From contig JAGCCZ010000062.1 of assembly GCA_017651425.1 (NCBI GenBank), positions 24,564-88,563 of the forward strand: a DNA stretch of 64,000 nucleotides, written 5' to 3'. Made by a program: the position numbers and the translations under genes. Numbering within the stretch: the stretch's first letter is position 1; every line of letters starts with the position of its first letter. The DNA is from Bacteroidales bacterium. Lineage in GTDB: Bacteria > Bacteroidota > Bacteroidia > Bacteroidales > WCHB1-69. Below are positions 28,269 to 36,519 of the stretch, piece after piece. The notes below the pieces were generated by a model that did no database searches, had not been told where the DNA came from, and worked only from the letters and a program-made list of their open reading frames with translations.

Positions 28269-28859
28269 ATGGAATATATATTGATGATTATAGGAGCCGT
28301 TTTGGTGAACAACATCGTCTTGGTGCAGTTCCTCGGCATTTGTCCCTTCTTGGGCGTTTCCAACAAGGTGAACACTGCGCTCGGCATGGGCATGGCAGTC
28401 GTCTTTGTGATGACGTTGGCCACGCTTGTGACAGCAACCCTCCAGAAATACATTTTGCTCCCGTTGGGGATCACCTATTTGCAGACCATCGTCTTCATCC
28501 TGGTCATTGCGGCCTTGGTGCAGATGGTCGAAATCGTGCTCAAAAAGATCAGCCCTCCGCTGTATCAGGCTCTGGGTGTCTTCTTGCCGCTGATTACAAC
28601 CAACTGTGCCGTGTTGGGCGTGGCCATCAAGGTGACCGAACAGGAGCTTATATCGGGACACGGCTTCTCTATTTTGGACAGCACGATCTATGCTGTCGCC
28701 GTGGCCATCGGTTTCACGCTTGCCATCGTCATCTTTGCCGGTATGCGCGAGCAGTTGGAGCTGGTCGATGTGCCCAAGGGGATGAAGGGCGTGCCCATCG
28801 CACTCATCACCGCCGGCATCCTCGCCATGGCTTTCATGGGCTTCTCCAATCTGGTGTAA
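28269..28859 (+). CDS. rnfA: Rnf complex subunit A
   Basis: NNIVLVQFLGICPFLGVS and LPLITTNCAVLGVA. Confidence 0.9.
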   Translation: MEYILMIIGAVLVNNIVLVQFLGICPFLGVSNKVNTALGMGMAVVFVMTLATLVTATLQKYILLPLGITYLQTIVFILVIAALVQMVEIVLKKISPPLYQALGVFLPLITTNCAVLGVAIKVTEQELISGHGFSILDSTIYAVAVAIGFTLAIVIFAGMREQLELVDVPKGMKGVPIALITAGILAMAFMGFSNLV

Positions 28860-28880
28860 GCCGGAATGTTCAAAATAAGA

Positions 28881-28914
28881 ATGCGCCGCTTCTTTTTCGA
28901 AAGGAGCGGCGCAT
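28881..28914. terminator. hairpin terminator between rnfA and dus (convergent)
   Basis: 10-bp stem atgcgccgct / agcggcgcat. Confidence 0.75.
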
Positions 28915-28933
28915 TTCGTATGGTGGAGATTCG

Positions 28934-29854
28934 CTATGCAAGCATTTGCAACGAGGTGTCAAAGAATGTTCCCCAGTCGTCAATGCGGAGCAACTGTTTG
29001 AGCTGCTCGTCGTTTATCCCGGCTAGATGTCTCCAATAGTGCCACAGTTCCTTGAAGTTGTGGAGGGTGCCGCGCTCGTGGCGCATCGGCAACAGTTCGG
29101 CGGCAAAGTGCTGGTAATACTTGAGAAAACGGCCTTTGCGGTCGCCGGTGTCCATTCCGCGTATCTCCTCGGCAAGGAAGGGGTCGGCCAAAATGCCGCG
29201 TCCCAACATCCAATCCTGTATATCGGGATAGCGTTGCCGCAAACGCTCATGGTCGGCCGGAGAGTTGATGTCGCCGCTGTAGATGAGGCGATGGCGGGTG
29301 TGCCGGCAAAACTCGTCAAGCGTGTCCCAATCGGGCACGCCATCGTACATCTGCTCGCCTAAGCGCGGGTGGATGACAATGTACTCCAAAGGATACTTCT
29401 CCAGCCGCTCGAGGATGCGCAGTCCCTCCTCGGGAGAGTGCAGCCCCAAACGCATCTTCACCGAGAACTGAAAGGGCGTTTGTGTGGCTGCGGCTACCAC
29501 CTCCTCCACGCGGTCGGTGTCGGGCATGAGGCCGCAGCCGCGGCGACGGCGCACCACCTGGGCCATGGGACATCCCAAGTTCCAGTTGAAGGAGGTGTAG
29601 CCGTAGGTCTCGTGCAGCAACTGCATGGTGTCCACGAAATGTGCGGGCACGTTGCCCATCAGCTGCGGCGTCGTGGGACGCAGCATGTTGTTCTTCGGCC
29701 AGAGGTCACGCCAATTGGTCACGTTGAGCTTAGCACGCTTCTGTACGGGCATGAAAGGTGTCATAAAAAAGTCTATGCCGCCAAAGTGACGGCATAGTGT
29801 GTTGCGGAACAGGTAGTTTGTAATCCCGTCAAGCGGGGCAAGCCAGAGGTTCAT
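28934..29854 (-). CDS. tRNA-dihydrouridine synthase family protein
   Basis: LAPLDGITNYLFRN, NLGCP and IHPR, consistent with a TIM-barrel Dus pattern. Confidence 0.75.
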   Translation of the reverse strand: MNLWLAPLDGITNYLFRNTLCRHFGGIDFFMTPFMPVQKRAKLNVTNWRDLWPKNNMLRPTTPQLMGNVPAHFVDTMQLLHETYGYTSFNWNLGCPMAQVVRRRRGCGLMPDTDRVEEVVAAATQTPFQFSVKMRLGLHSPEEGLRILERLEKYPLEYIVIHPRLGEQMYDGVPDWDTLDEFCRHTRHRLIYSGDINSPADHERLRQRYPDIQDWMLGRGILADPFLAEEIRGMDTGDRKGRFLKYYQHFAAELLPMRHERGTLHNFKELWHYWRHLAGINDEQLKQLLRIDDWGTFFDTSLQMLA

Positions 29855-29869
29855 GATAGAATCTGTCGT

Positions 29870-30877
29870 TTAGCGGACCACGACCTTGTGGTTGGAAGTC
29901 ATGCCATTCTGGTCTATGGTAAGCGTGTAAATACCACGGGCCAGGTCGCTGACATCCACGGTGGCCTGTCCTCCATCGGATTCCACCACGCGCAAAAGTC
30001 TGCCTTGCAGATCGTACACTTGGCAGCGATACGGTTCGGCAACTTCGGGCGCCACACGAACATAATCCGTGGCCGGGTTGGGGTAGGTGTGGAATTGCGT
30101 CGCATTGCGATCCGCGACCCCCACGCCAGCCTGTGTGATAGTGACATCATCCACCAGCAGCACGGTGTTGAGGTCCGCTGTGCCGAAATTGCCAGCCATA
30201 ATGATGATGCTGATGCTGTCGCAGGGCTGCCCCGGCGTGTCAAAGGGAATCGAGACGTAGGTGTATTCATTGGCGGGCTGGTCGATGCTGGCCTCTGCAT
30301 AGCTCACGGGTTGTCCGTTGCTTCTGGAATAGGCAATGACTTGCACTTCGTCATTCTCCATAGGAGCGAATTTCATCCAGAAGTTCAGGGATTGTGGCGT
30401 TTTGGAACAGGAATCGCCCGGGGCAAACACTTGGGCCAAGGAAGTCAGAACGGTCGGGTCTATGTCGCCGGGATTGACCCCCGTGGAGTCAGTGAACATC
30501 GAGACGATGTCGAGGATGGCCTGCAACGGGATGTTGAAGCCTTCGGCGACGCCCAATTGTGCGACACCGGGGAAGTTAATGTTGTATTCTGTGCCGGGTA
30601 TGCCCACATTGGCGGGTTGCAGCTGCAAGGCATACGAGCCGTTGTGCGCGTCGGAGACCCTGCTGCCGAAATAGGTGTTCACGGGAATGGGCACCTGAAC
30701 GCCGAAGACCTCGGTTATAATATTGCCCACCAAAGCGGTCGTCCAACCATTTGGCTGCTGGGTAGAGGCCGAACCGTTCCAGTTTTCAAAACTTCCGTTG
30801 TTCAACGGCACCTGTGCGGTCAGCAACGAAAAGGTGAAGAGCATTGTCAAAGAGAGTAATAACTTTTTCATAAGCAT
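29870..30877 (-). CDS. secreted protein with T9SS C-terminal sorting domain
   Basis: Signal peptide MLMKKLLLSLTMLFTFSLLTAQ. C-terminal YPNPATDYVRV...VYDLQGRLL...VDVSDLARGIYTLTI is the Por-secretion-tail pattern. Confidence 0.75.
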   Translation of the reverse strand: MLMKKLLLSLTMLFTFSLLTAQVPLNNGSFENWNGSASTQQPNGWTTALVGNIITEVFGVQVPIPVNTYFGSRVSDAHNGSYALQLQPANVGIPGTEYNINFPGVAQLGVAEGFNIPLQAILDIVSMFTDSTGVNPGDIDPTVLTSLAQVFAPGDSCSKTPQSLNFWMKFAPMENDEVQVIAYSRSNGQPVSYAEASIDQPANEYTYVSIPFDTPGQPCDSISIIIMAGNFGTADLNTVLLVDDVTITQAGVGVADRNATQFHTYPNPATDYVRVAPEVAEPYRCQVYDLQGRLLRVVESDGGQATVDVSDLARGIYTLTIDQNGMTSNHKVVVR

Positions 30878-30960
30878 GTGTTTTAAAAGGGTTATTTATT
30901 CTTACTATAATAATGATATGGAAATCGCAAAAAGGGCAATGTTAATGTATGGACAAAAGG

Positions 30961-31743
30961 TTACCAGACGCTGTCCCAATCCTCGGCATCCCGCACGGAT
31001 GGGTCTCGCTGGTATTCTAATAGTTTGGCGTATTTGAGGAAACTGTTATGGGCGATGGCCTTGGACAGAACGTAACCGTCGGTGCCGCCAAAGATGCCGC
31101 CACGCAGGAAATAGTTTACAAAAAAAGCGGAAAAACCATGGAAGAAAGGCGAAAATGCATTGGCTTTTTTGCCTTTCAGAAAGAGAATCTTCGCTCCTCG
31201 GGTACTGTAGTTTCGTTCAGGTTTGGAAAAAAGCTGGTCGTAGTTCTTGTATCGATAGTGGATCAGGTCAGCTTTCAACTCGCAAGTGTTGGTCGTTGGT
31301 ACAAAAGCGTGCTGTTTCAGTTCGGCGAAGCGCAGCTTGTCCTTGCGGAACAGGCGCACCAGATAGTCGGGATACCAGCGGCAGCACTTTACCCACCGCT
31401 CGCCGATGTAGTTGCGCCGCCGGATGGCAAAGCCGTCGTACGGAGTGTGCTCCAAATCCAGCTGTTGGATGATTGCCACGAGTTCGTCAGAAAGGCGCTC
31501 GTCGGCATCGATGCTCAGCACCCAGTCATTTTTGGCGTGCTCCAACGGCAGGTTCTTCTGCGGACCGTCGCCGATGTAGGGGTGTACGAACACGCGTGCC
31601 CCGGCCTTCTCTGCCAATTCGACGGTGTTGTCGGTGCTGCAGGAGTCGGTCACGATGACCTCGTCGCACACGCGCTGCAGCGAGTACACGCAGGCCTCGA
31701 TGTTTCGGGATTCGTTCAGGGTGGTGATGATGCCGGTGATCAT
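30961..31743 (-). CDS. family-2 glycosyltransferase
   Basis: ITTLNESRNIEACV, VIVTDSCSTDNTVELA and LSIDADERLS (DxD region). Confidence 0.85.
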   Translation of the reverse strand: MITGIITTLNESRNIEACVYSLQRVCDEVIVTDSCSTDNTVELAEKAGARVFVHPYIGDGPQKNLPLEHAKNDWVLSIDADERLSDELVAIIQQLDLEHTPYDGFAIRRRNYIGERWVKCCRWYPDYLVRLFRKDKLRFAELKQHAFVPTTNTCELKADLIHYRYKNYDQLFSKPERNYSTRGAKILFLKGKKANAFSPFFHGFSAFFVNYFLRGGIFGGTDGYVLSKAIAHNSFLKYAKLLEYQRDPSVRDAEDWDSVW

Positions 31744-33059
31744 ACGCGTTCGATTTTCGCACCGAGATTGTTCAATCTCTCCACGATATGCTCGTACCCT
31801 CTGTCGATCTGCTCGACGTTCTGGATCACGCTCTTCCCTTCGGCGCTCAGGGCTGCGATGAGCAGGGCGATGCCGGCGCGGATGTCAGGGGAGGACATCT
31901 TGGTGGCTCGCAGGCGCTTCTCGCGGGCGAGGCCGACGACGATGGCGCGGTGCGGGTCGCAGAGCACGATCTGCGCGCCCATTGACTGCAGCATATCGAC
32001 GAAGAAGAGACGGCTTTCGAACATCTTCTGGTGGATCAGCACGCTGCCCTTGGCCTGGATGGCTGTCACAAGGGCGATGCTGATGAGGTCGGGGGTGAAT
32101 CCCGGCCATGGCGCGTCGGCGATGGTCAGGATGGAGGCCTCGCGCGGGTCGGAGTAGATGCTGTACGGCTCCCGCCCGTGTACGATGAGGTCGTCGCCCT
32201 TCCGCTCGAACTGCACACCCATCTTGCCGAAGGTGTAAGGAATCAGCCCCAGATGGTCGCAGGCGCAATCCTTGATGGTCAGCTCCGACTGGGTCATGGC
32301 TGCCATGCCAATGAAGCTGCCCACCTCGATCATGTCGGGGAAGATGCGGTGCGTGCATCCGTGCAACTTCTCGACACCCTCAATCTTCAGCAGGTTGGAG
32401 CCGATGCCGGAAATCTTCGCGCCCATGTTGTTGAGCATGGTGCAGAGCTGGTACAGATAGGGCTCGCAGGCGGCGTTGAAGATGGTGGTCTCGCCCTCCG
32501 CCAACACTGCCGCCATCACGATGTTGGCGGTACCCGTCACGGATGGCTCGTTTAGCTGCATGTAGCAGCCCTTCAGGTGCTTGGCTTCTAACTCGAAGAA
32601 CTTCTCGTCCGGGGAGGTGGAAATCACCGCACCAAGCTTCTCCAACCCCTCGAAGTGGGTGGTCAGCGGGCGCCGCCCGATCTGGTCGCCGCCGGGCTTG
32701 CCGGAGTAGGCCTTGCCGTAGCGTCCCAACAGCGGACCGAGCACCATGATGGAGGCGCGGATCTTCGCCGACAGCTTCGCGAACTCGTCGGTGCGCAGCT
32801 GCTCGAAATCGACATCCTCCGCCTGGAACGTGAACGTATGCTCGTCCACCTCCGTGATCTTCACTCCCATCAGCGCCAAAATCTCGCGATAGCGCTGCGT
32901 GTCGAGGATGTTCGGGATGTTGGAGATGGTGACCGGCTCGTCGGTCAGCAGCACGGCCGAGAGCACCTGCAGAGCCTCGTTCTTCGCGCCCTGCGGGGTG
33001 ATCTCGCCGTTTAGCCGATGGCCACCTTGTATGATAAACTCTGCCATGATTCTTTTCAT
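31740..33059 (-). CDS. murA: UDP-N-acetylglucosamine 1-carboxyvinyltransferase
   Basis: IQGGHRLNGEI.PQGAKNEALQVL.A.LLT and the catalytic-loop region KPGGDQIGRRP. 4-nt overlap with the GT2 gene. An alternative ATG lies at 33047. Confidence 0.95.
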   Translation of the reverse strand: MKRIMAEFIIQGGHRLNGEITPQGAKNEALQVLSAVLLTDEPVTISNIPNILDTQRYREILALMGVKITEVDEHTFTFQAEDVDFEQLRTDEFAKLSAKIRASIMVLGPLLGRYGKAYSGKPGGDQIGRRPLTTHFEGLEKLGAVISTSPDEKFFELEAKHLKGCYMQLNEPSVTGTANIVMAAVLAEGETTIFNAACEPYLYQLCTMLNNMGAKISGIGSNLLKIEGVEKLHGCTHRIFPDMIEVGSFIGMAAMTQSELTIKDCACDHLGLIPYTFGKMGVQFERKGDDLIVHGREPYSIYSDPREASILTIADAPWPGFTPDLISIALVTAIQAKGSVLIHQKMFESRLFFVDMLQSMGAQIVLCDPHRAIVVGLAREKRLRATKMSSPDIRAGIALLIAALSAEGKSVIQNVEQIDRGYEHIVERLNNLGAKIERV

Positions 33060-33064
33060 TTGAA

Positions 33065-33132
33065 CCCAGGGTGGCGGCCTTCGGCCTTACCCTGGGCTAC
33101 CGAGCTCTTGCCCCTAACGGGGCTGCTCAAGG
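33065..33132 (-). repeat. tandem stem-loop element, copy B
   Basis: 33096..33132 is the conserved 37-mer. A second hairpin, cccagggt...accctggg (33065..33096) with inner ggcc-ttcg-ggcc, ends 5 nt from the murA ATG at 33059. Confidence 0.75.
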
Positions 33133-33161
33133 AATTATGTTTAAGGAAATTACCTTATTTC

Positions 33162-33203
33162 TGATCACTGATCACTAATCACTGATCACTGATCACTGAT
33201 CAC
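33162..33203. repeat. 6-unit heptanucleotide tandem array (TGATCAC / TAATCAC on the plus strand; GTGATCA on the minus strand)
   Basis: Counted directly. It abuts the phosphofructokinase stop codon (33204..33206). Confidence 0.95.
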
Positions 33204-34436
33204 TTATTCCGGAATCACAATCGGGAACTTCTGCGTGAACTCCATGCGGTAAGGTGCCCCGATGATGTTGGTGAGGAAATCGACATATTGGTCGGTGAAC
33301 TGGAACTTGTTGGGATCGTAATAGGCGGCGGGCAGCGGGAAGTTGCCGATGTTGCCCATCTCGATGGCGTCGGTGTGGAACTCTTCCAGCTCGTCGTAAG
33401 GGACGATGTCGCGCATGACGGGCATCTTGCCGTAGTCCTCGCGCAGGAGCAGATCCACGACCTTGTCGGCTAATGTGGAGGTCAGGCGGCGGTCATACTC
33501 GTAGCACTTGCCGGAGCGGGGGATGTAGCCGGAAATCTGTCCGCGGGCCTCGATGCCGAGACGGCGGTTGATTTCGGAGGCGATGACGCCGCTCACGCCG
33601 CCGAAACGCGGGTGACCGTACTCGTCAAGGTCGGAGGAAGCATACACCATGCCCAGCTCCTGCTTCTCGTCATCCCACCAGCGCACGCCTTCGGAGACTG
33701 CGATGATGAGGCTGTGTTTCGGGGAACGCATGTACATCTCTTTGACAGATTCAAAGAAGAACTCCTTGCGTTCTTTGGTCATCTCCACTTCGGGAACGAG
33801 GGCCATCTGGGCGCCGCCGAACATGGCCGTGCCCGTCAGCCAACCGGCGTCGCGGCCCATCACTTCGAGCACCATAATGCGCTGGTGCGACTCGTTGGTG
33901 GTGTGCAGTTTGCTGGTCAGTTTCTTGATGGCCATGGCACCGGAAGGGAAGCCGGGGCACAACACGGTCTCGTGCTGCTGGCCGTTGTAGTGGTGCATCG
34001 TGCGGGTGCGCAAGTCGTTGTCGATGGTCTTGGGGAAGCCAATGACGGGAATGCCGTAGGTGGCGTACATCTTCTTGGCAGCGCCATTGGTGTCGTCGCC
34101 ACCGATGGTCACCAACACATCGATCTTGTAGCGCTCGATGTTGCGCAGGATCTGCTGCGAGCGGTCTTCGGGATTCTTCTTGCTGGGGAAGGGGTTTGTA
34201 CGGGAGGAAAGCAGGGCGGTACCGCCGTAGATGCCGTTGTACGGGATGTTGGTCAGATCCACGATGTCGCCGTCGCCCAAAAGGCCCTTCCAACCACGAA
34301 GGACGCCATATACCTTAAAACCGAGCATAGAGGCACGGTTGCGCACACATTCGATACTGGAGTTGATGGCAGGGGTGTCGCCGCCGCCGGAAAGTATGGC
34401 CAAAGTCTTGCCATTGAAAAGTTTGTCTGGTCTCAT
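33204..34436 (-). CDS. 6-phosphofructokinase family enzyme with PPi-type GGDD signature
   Basis: SGGGDTPAINS, IGGDDTNG, PKTIDND and VMGRDAGW. GGDD rather than GGDG is the signature usually associated with PPi dependence (inference). Confidence 0.9.
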   Translation of the reverse strand: MRPDKLFNGKTLAILSGGGDTPAINSSIECVRNRASMLGFKVYGVLRGWKGLLGDGDIVDLTNIPYNGIYGGTALLSSRTNPFPSKKNPEDRSQQILRNIERYKIDVLVTIGGDDTNGAAKKMYATYGIPVIGFPKTIDNDLRTRTMHHYNGQQHETVLCPGFPSGAMAIKKLTSKLHTTNESHQRIMVLEVMGRDAGWLTGTAMFGGAQMALVPEVEMTKERKEFFFESVKEMYMRSPKHSLIIAVSEGVRWWDDEKQELGMVYASSDLDEYGHPRFGGVSGVIASEINRRLGIEARGQISGYIPRSGKCYEYDRRLTSTLADKVVDLLLREDYGKMPVMRDIVPYDELEEFHTDAIEMGNIGNFPLPAAYYDPNKFQFTDQYVDFLTNIIGAPYRMEFTQKFPIVIPE

Positions 34437-34474
34437 TTTGAAAATATTTTTATTGATAAATTTCGGATAAAGAA

Positions 34475-35170
34475 TTATCTCGCCAACAGGGAATCTGCCG
34501 ACGCGCGGTGCGTGGAATCGGTTCGGATGTTGACCTCCTCGATGCGCATTTCTTCATAAAGACCTTTCAGCATCTTGTCGATGATGTAGTTCTGCACATC
34601 AAAACTGATTGAGCCACCTCCAAGTTGATAATAGCGTGCAACAATCTGATCCCAACAGTCGTTGACGCCGAACAGGTTCATGCGGATGGAGACGGGACTC
34701 TGCAAACCCGCTTTCATGTCGGCATCTTTAAAACGCACAAAATAGTCGGTGATGGCAGTGCTGTCGCCTTTAATGAGCGCATCGTGGTTGTAGTACACCA
34801 GCGAGCCGATGGCCTCCTTGAAGATGGGGGTCATCACCTGGGTGTTGCAGTTCTCGGCCACAAGGTTGGATAAAAAAATCAGCGAATCTGCCAAATATCC
34901 TTGCGCGTTTTCTCGAAGCATTTGGAAAACAGAGCTTTGCAAATCGTCATAGTTGATGCTGTATTGGCCGTTTTCATATTGGCTGAAACCATTGGCCACA
35001 CAAAGATGGTTTATGGCTGAATCAGAGGCGGTTGTGAGACAGGTTATGAAGGCAGTCTCTTTTTGTGAGTTGGAGTACATTTGTCGTACATATTCGCCGC
35101 TTTCATCCACGCAGGATTGCACAAAAAATGCTGCAACAGCCATTAAAATCAGGATTTTTATTTTTTTCAT
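34475..35170 (-). CDS. lipoprotein, DUF4197-like
   Basis: Lipobox FFVQSC. The C-terminal ..KMLKGLYEEMRIEEVNIR....R..ADSLLAR resembles the DUF4197 pattern as I remember it (from memory only). Confidence 0.55.
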   Translation of the reverse strand: MKKIKILILMAVAAFFVQSCVDESGEYVRQMYSNSQKETAFITCLTTASDSAINHLCVANGFSQYENGQYSINYDDLQSSVFQMLRENAQGYLADSLIFLSNLVAENCNTQVMTPIFKEAIGSLVYYNHDALIKGDSTAITDYFVRFKDADMKAGLQSPVSIRMNLFGVNDCWDQIVARYYQLGGGSISFDVQNYIIDKMLKGLYEEMRIEEVNIRTDSTHRASADSLLAR

Positions 35171-35190
35171 TTTTTTCTGAAATTAGAGCG

Positions 35191-35198
35191 CAAAGATA
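35191..35198 (-). promoter_or_regulatory. -7 promoter box TATCTTTG
   Basis: 20 nt upstream of ATG 35170. Confidence 0.6.
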
Positions 35199-35200
35199 CT

Positions 35201-35208
35201 TATTTTTG
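35201..35208 (+). promoter_or_regulatory. -7 promoter box TATTTTTG
   Basis: Only 4 nt upstream of the birA ATG, which implies a leaderless or near-leaderless mRNA. Confidence 0.45.
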
Positions 35209-35212
35209 CGGA

Positions 35213-35965
35213 ATGAAAGACATATTCGTTGAACATGTTCATAACACCCAATCAACCAATAAGTTGTTGGGCTCTTTGTTGGTAGAAGAAGGCGCTTTGA
35301 AAAGGGAAATCCCGCCATTTTTTGCGCTGTGGGCCGATTTTCAGTCCGCCGGACGCGGCATGGGAACCAACCGCTGGTTTAGCGAGGAGGGCAGGAATCT
35401 GTTGGTGAGTTTTTATTTCGAGCCAGACATCCCGGCATCGCGGCAGTTTCTGTTTAACCAGTACTTCTCCGTGGCCACTTCCCGCTTTATCAGCCAATTT
35501 GCCAATTCCGTTGCCATCAAGTGGCCCAACGACATTTATGTCAGCGGGAAGAAAATTGCGGGCATCCTCATCGAGCATGTGATCCAGGGCGACAAGCTCA
35601 AGCATACCATTGCCGGCATCGGCATCAACCTTAACCAAGATAGGTTTCCGTCGGAAATCCCAAATCCCACATCCTTGTGGATGGAGACGGGCAAGCATTA
35701 CGATGTGGAGGAGTTCTTGCACCAATATCAGCAGTTCCTGCGTGCGCAATACGCGCAGCTGTCCGTGCTGCCCGCCGCTGCCAATGCTTTGCAGGAGGCC
35801 TACTTGGGACGCCTGTATCAGAGAGACATACCCCATCGCTATCGCATCCAAGGACAGGAGACGACGGCCACCATCCTTGGGGTGGACGATTTCGGGCGGC
35901 TGCAGCTGCGGGATGAAAACGGCACGGATTACTCCTGCGGAACGAAGGAGGTGGTGTTTTTGTGA
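35213..35965 (+). CDS. birA: biotin--[acetyl-CoA-carboxylase] ligase (no HTH domain)
   Basis: QSAGRGMGTNRWFS and KWPNDIYVSGKKIAGILIE. Confidence 0.9.
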   Translation: MKDIFVEHVHNTQSTNKLLGSLLVEEGALKREIPPFFALWADFQSAGRGMGTNRWFSEEGRNLLVSFYFEPDIPASRQFLFNQYFSVATSRFISQFANSVAIKWPNDIYVSGKKIAGILIEHVIQGDKLKHTIAGIGINLNQDRFPSEIPNPTSLWMETGKHYDVEEFLHQYQQFLRAQYAQLSVLPAAANALQEAYLGRLYQRDIPHRYRIQGQETTATILGVDDFGRLQLRDENGTDYSCGTKEVVFL

Positions 35966-36048
35966 AAGAGTTTGAGGAGAAGATGTTTTGAGGCATTAAT
36001 CGGCTACAGAAACATTGTCATCACAACATATATTGTAATTTGCAACAG

Positions 36049-36375
36049 TCACTCCGCCACCTCCACCTTGCTGAAGTCCATCCTCACGGGGGTGACGTTC
36101 TGCCATCCTGCCATCGGGCAAAACAACGAGCCCGTCACGCGCACGCGCTTGTGGGAATATTGGGCTGCGAAATCCTTTTCAGAAAAAGATTCATACTTTT
36201 CCCAATCCGGCACAATCATAAACTCCGACTGCCATGTTGTACCGTCTTCCGAAAGAAAATCAATTTCCTCCTGCGAAAGATATGGAGTCACATCAACGGG
36301 CTTGTCCGTCTTGAGGATAAAGGTGATGCACTCCCCTTCTTTGTGAGTTTTTCTGTAGCGGTCAATCTCTTGCAA
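36049..36375 (-). CDS. hypothetical protein (108 aa)
   Basis: TTG start only. The frame is open for 17 further codons upstream without an ATG. The C-terminal ..RVRVTGSLFCPMAGWQNVTPVRMDFSKV is duplicated as a fragment at 37901..37980. Confidence 0.4.
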   Translation of the reverse strand: MQEIDRYRKTHKEGECITFILKTDKPVDVTPYLSQEEIDFLSEDGTTWQSEFMIVPDWEKYESFSEKDFAAQYSHKRVRVTGSLFCPMAGWQNVTPVRMDFSKVEVAE

Positions 36376-36519
36376 GCTGTCGCCATAAAGGGTGACGAGG
36401 TATAGGTGGAAGGTGCCGCATTGTCAAAGTCAGAAAATGTTTAGGACGCTATTGATAAATATTACCATTTTCTTTTCCCTTCCTCCGTGTCGGGCGCAAC
36501 TGCTAATTGGTTTATTGTA

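Noticed and set aside
29888-34559. Plus-strand ORFs 29888..30859 (323 aa), 31048..32157 (369 aa) and 33612..34559 (315 aa), plus assorted 60-230-aa ORFs.
   Set aside because: They are antisense or out of frame relative to the T9SS protein, GT2, murA and phosphofructokinase genes, all of which have clear motifs.
36376-36430. The possibility that ORF 36049..36375 extends further upstream, since the frame is open for 17 more codons.
   Set aside because: The extension contains no ATG, GTG or TTG before the in-frame TGA. I kept the TTG start with low confidence.
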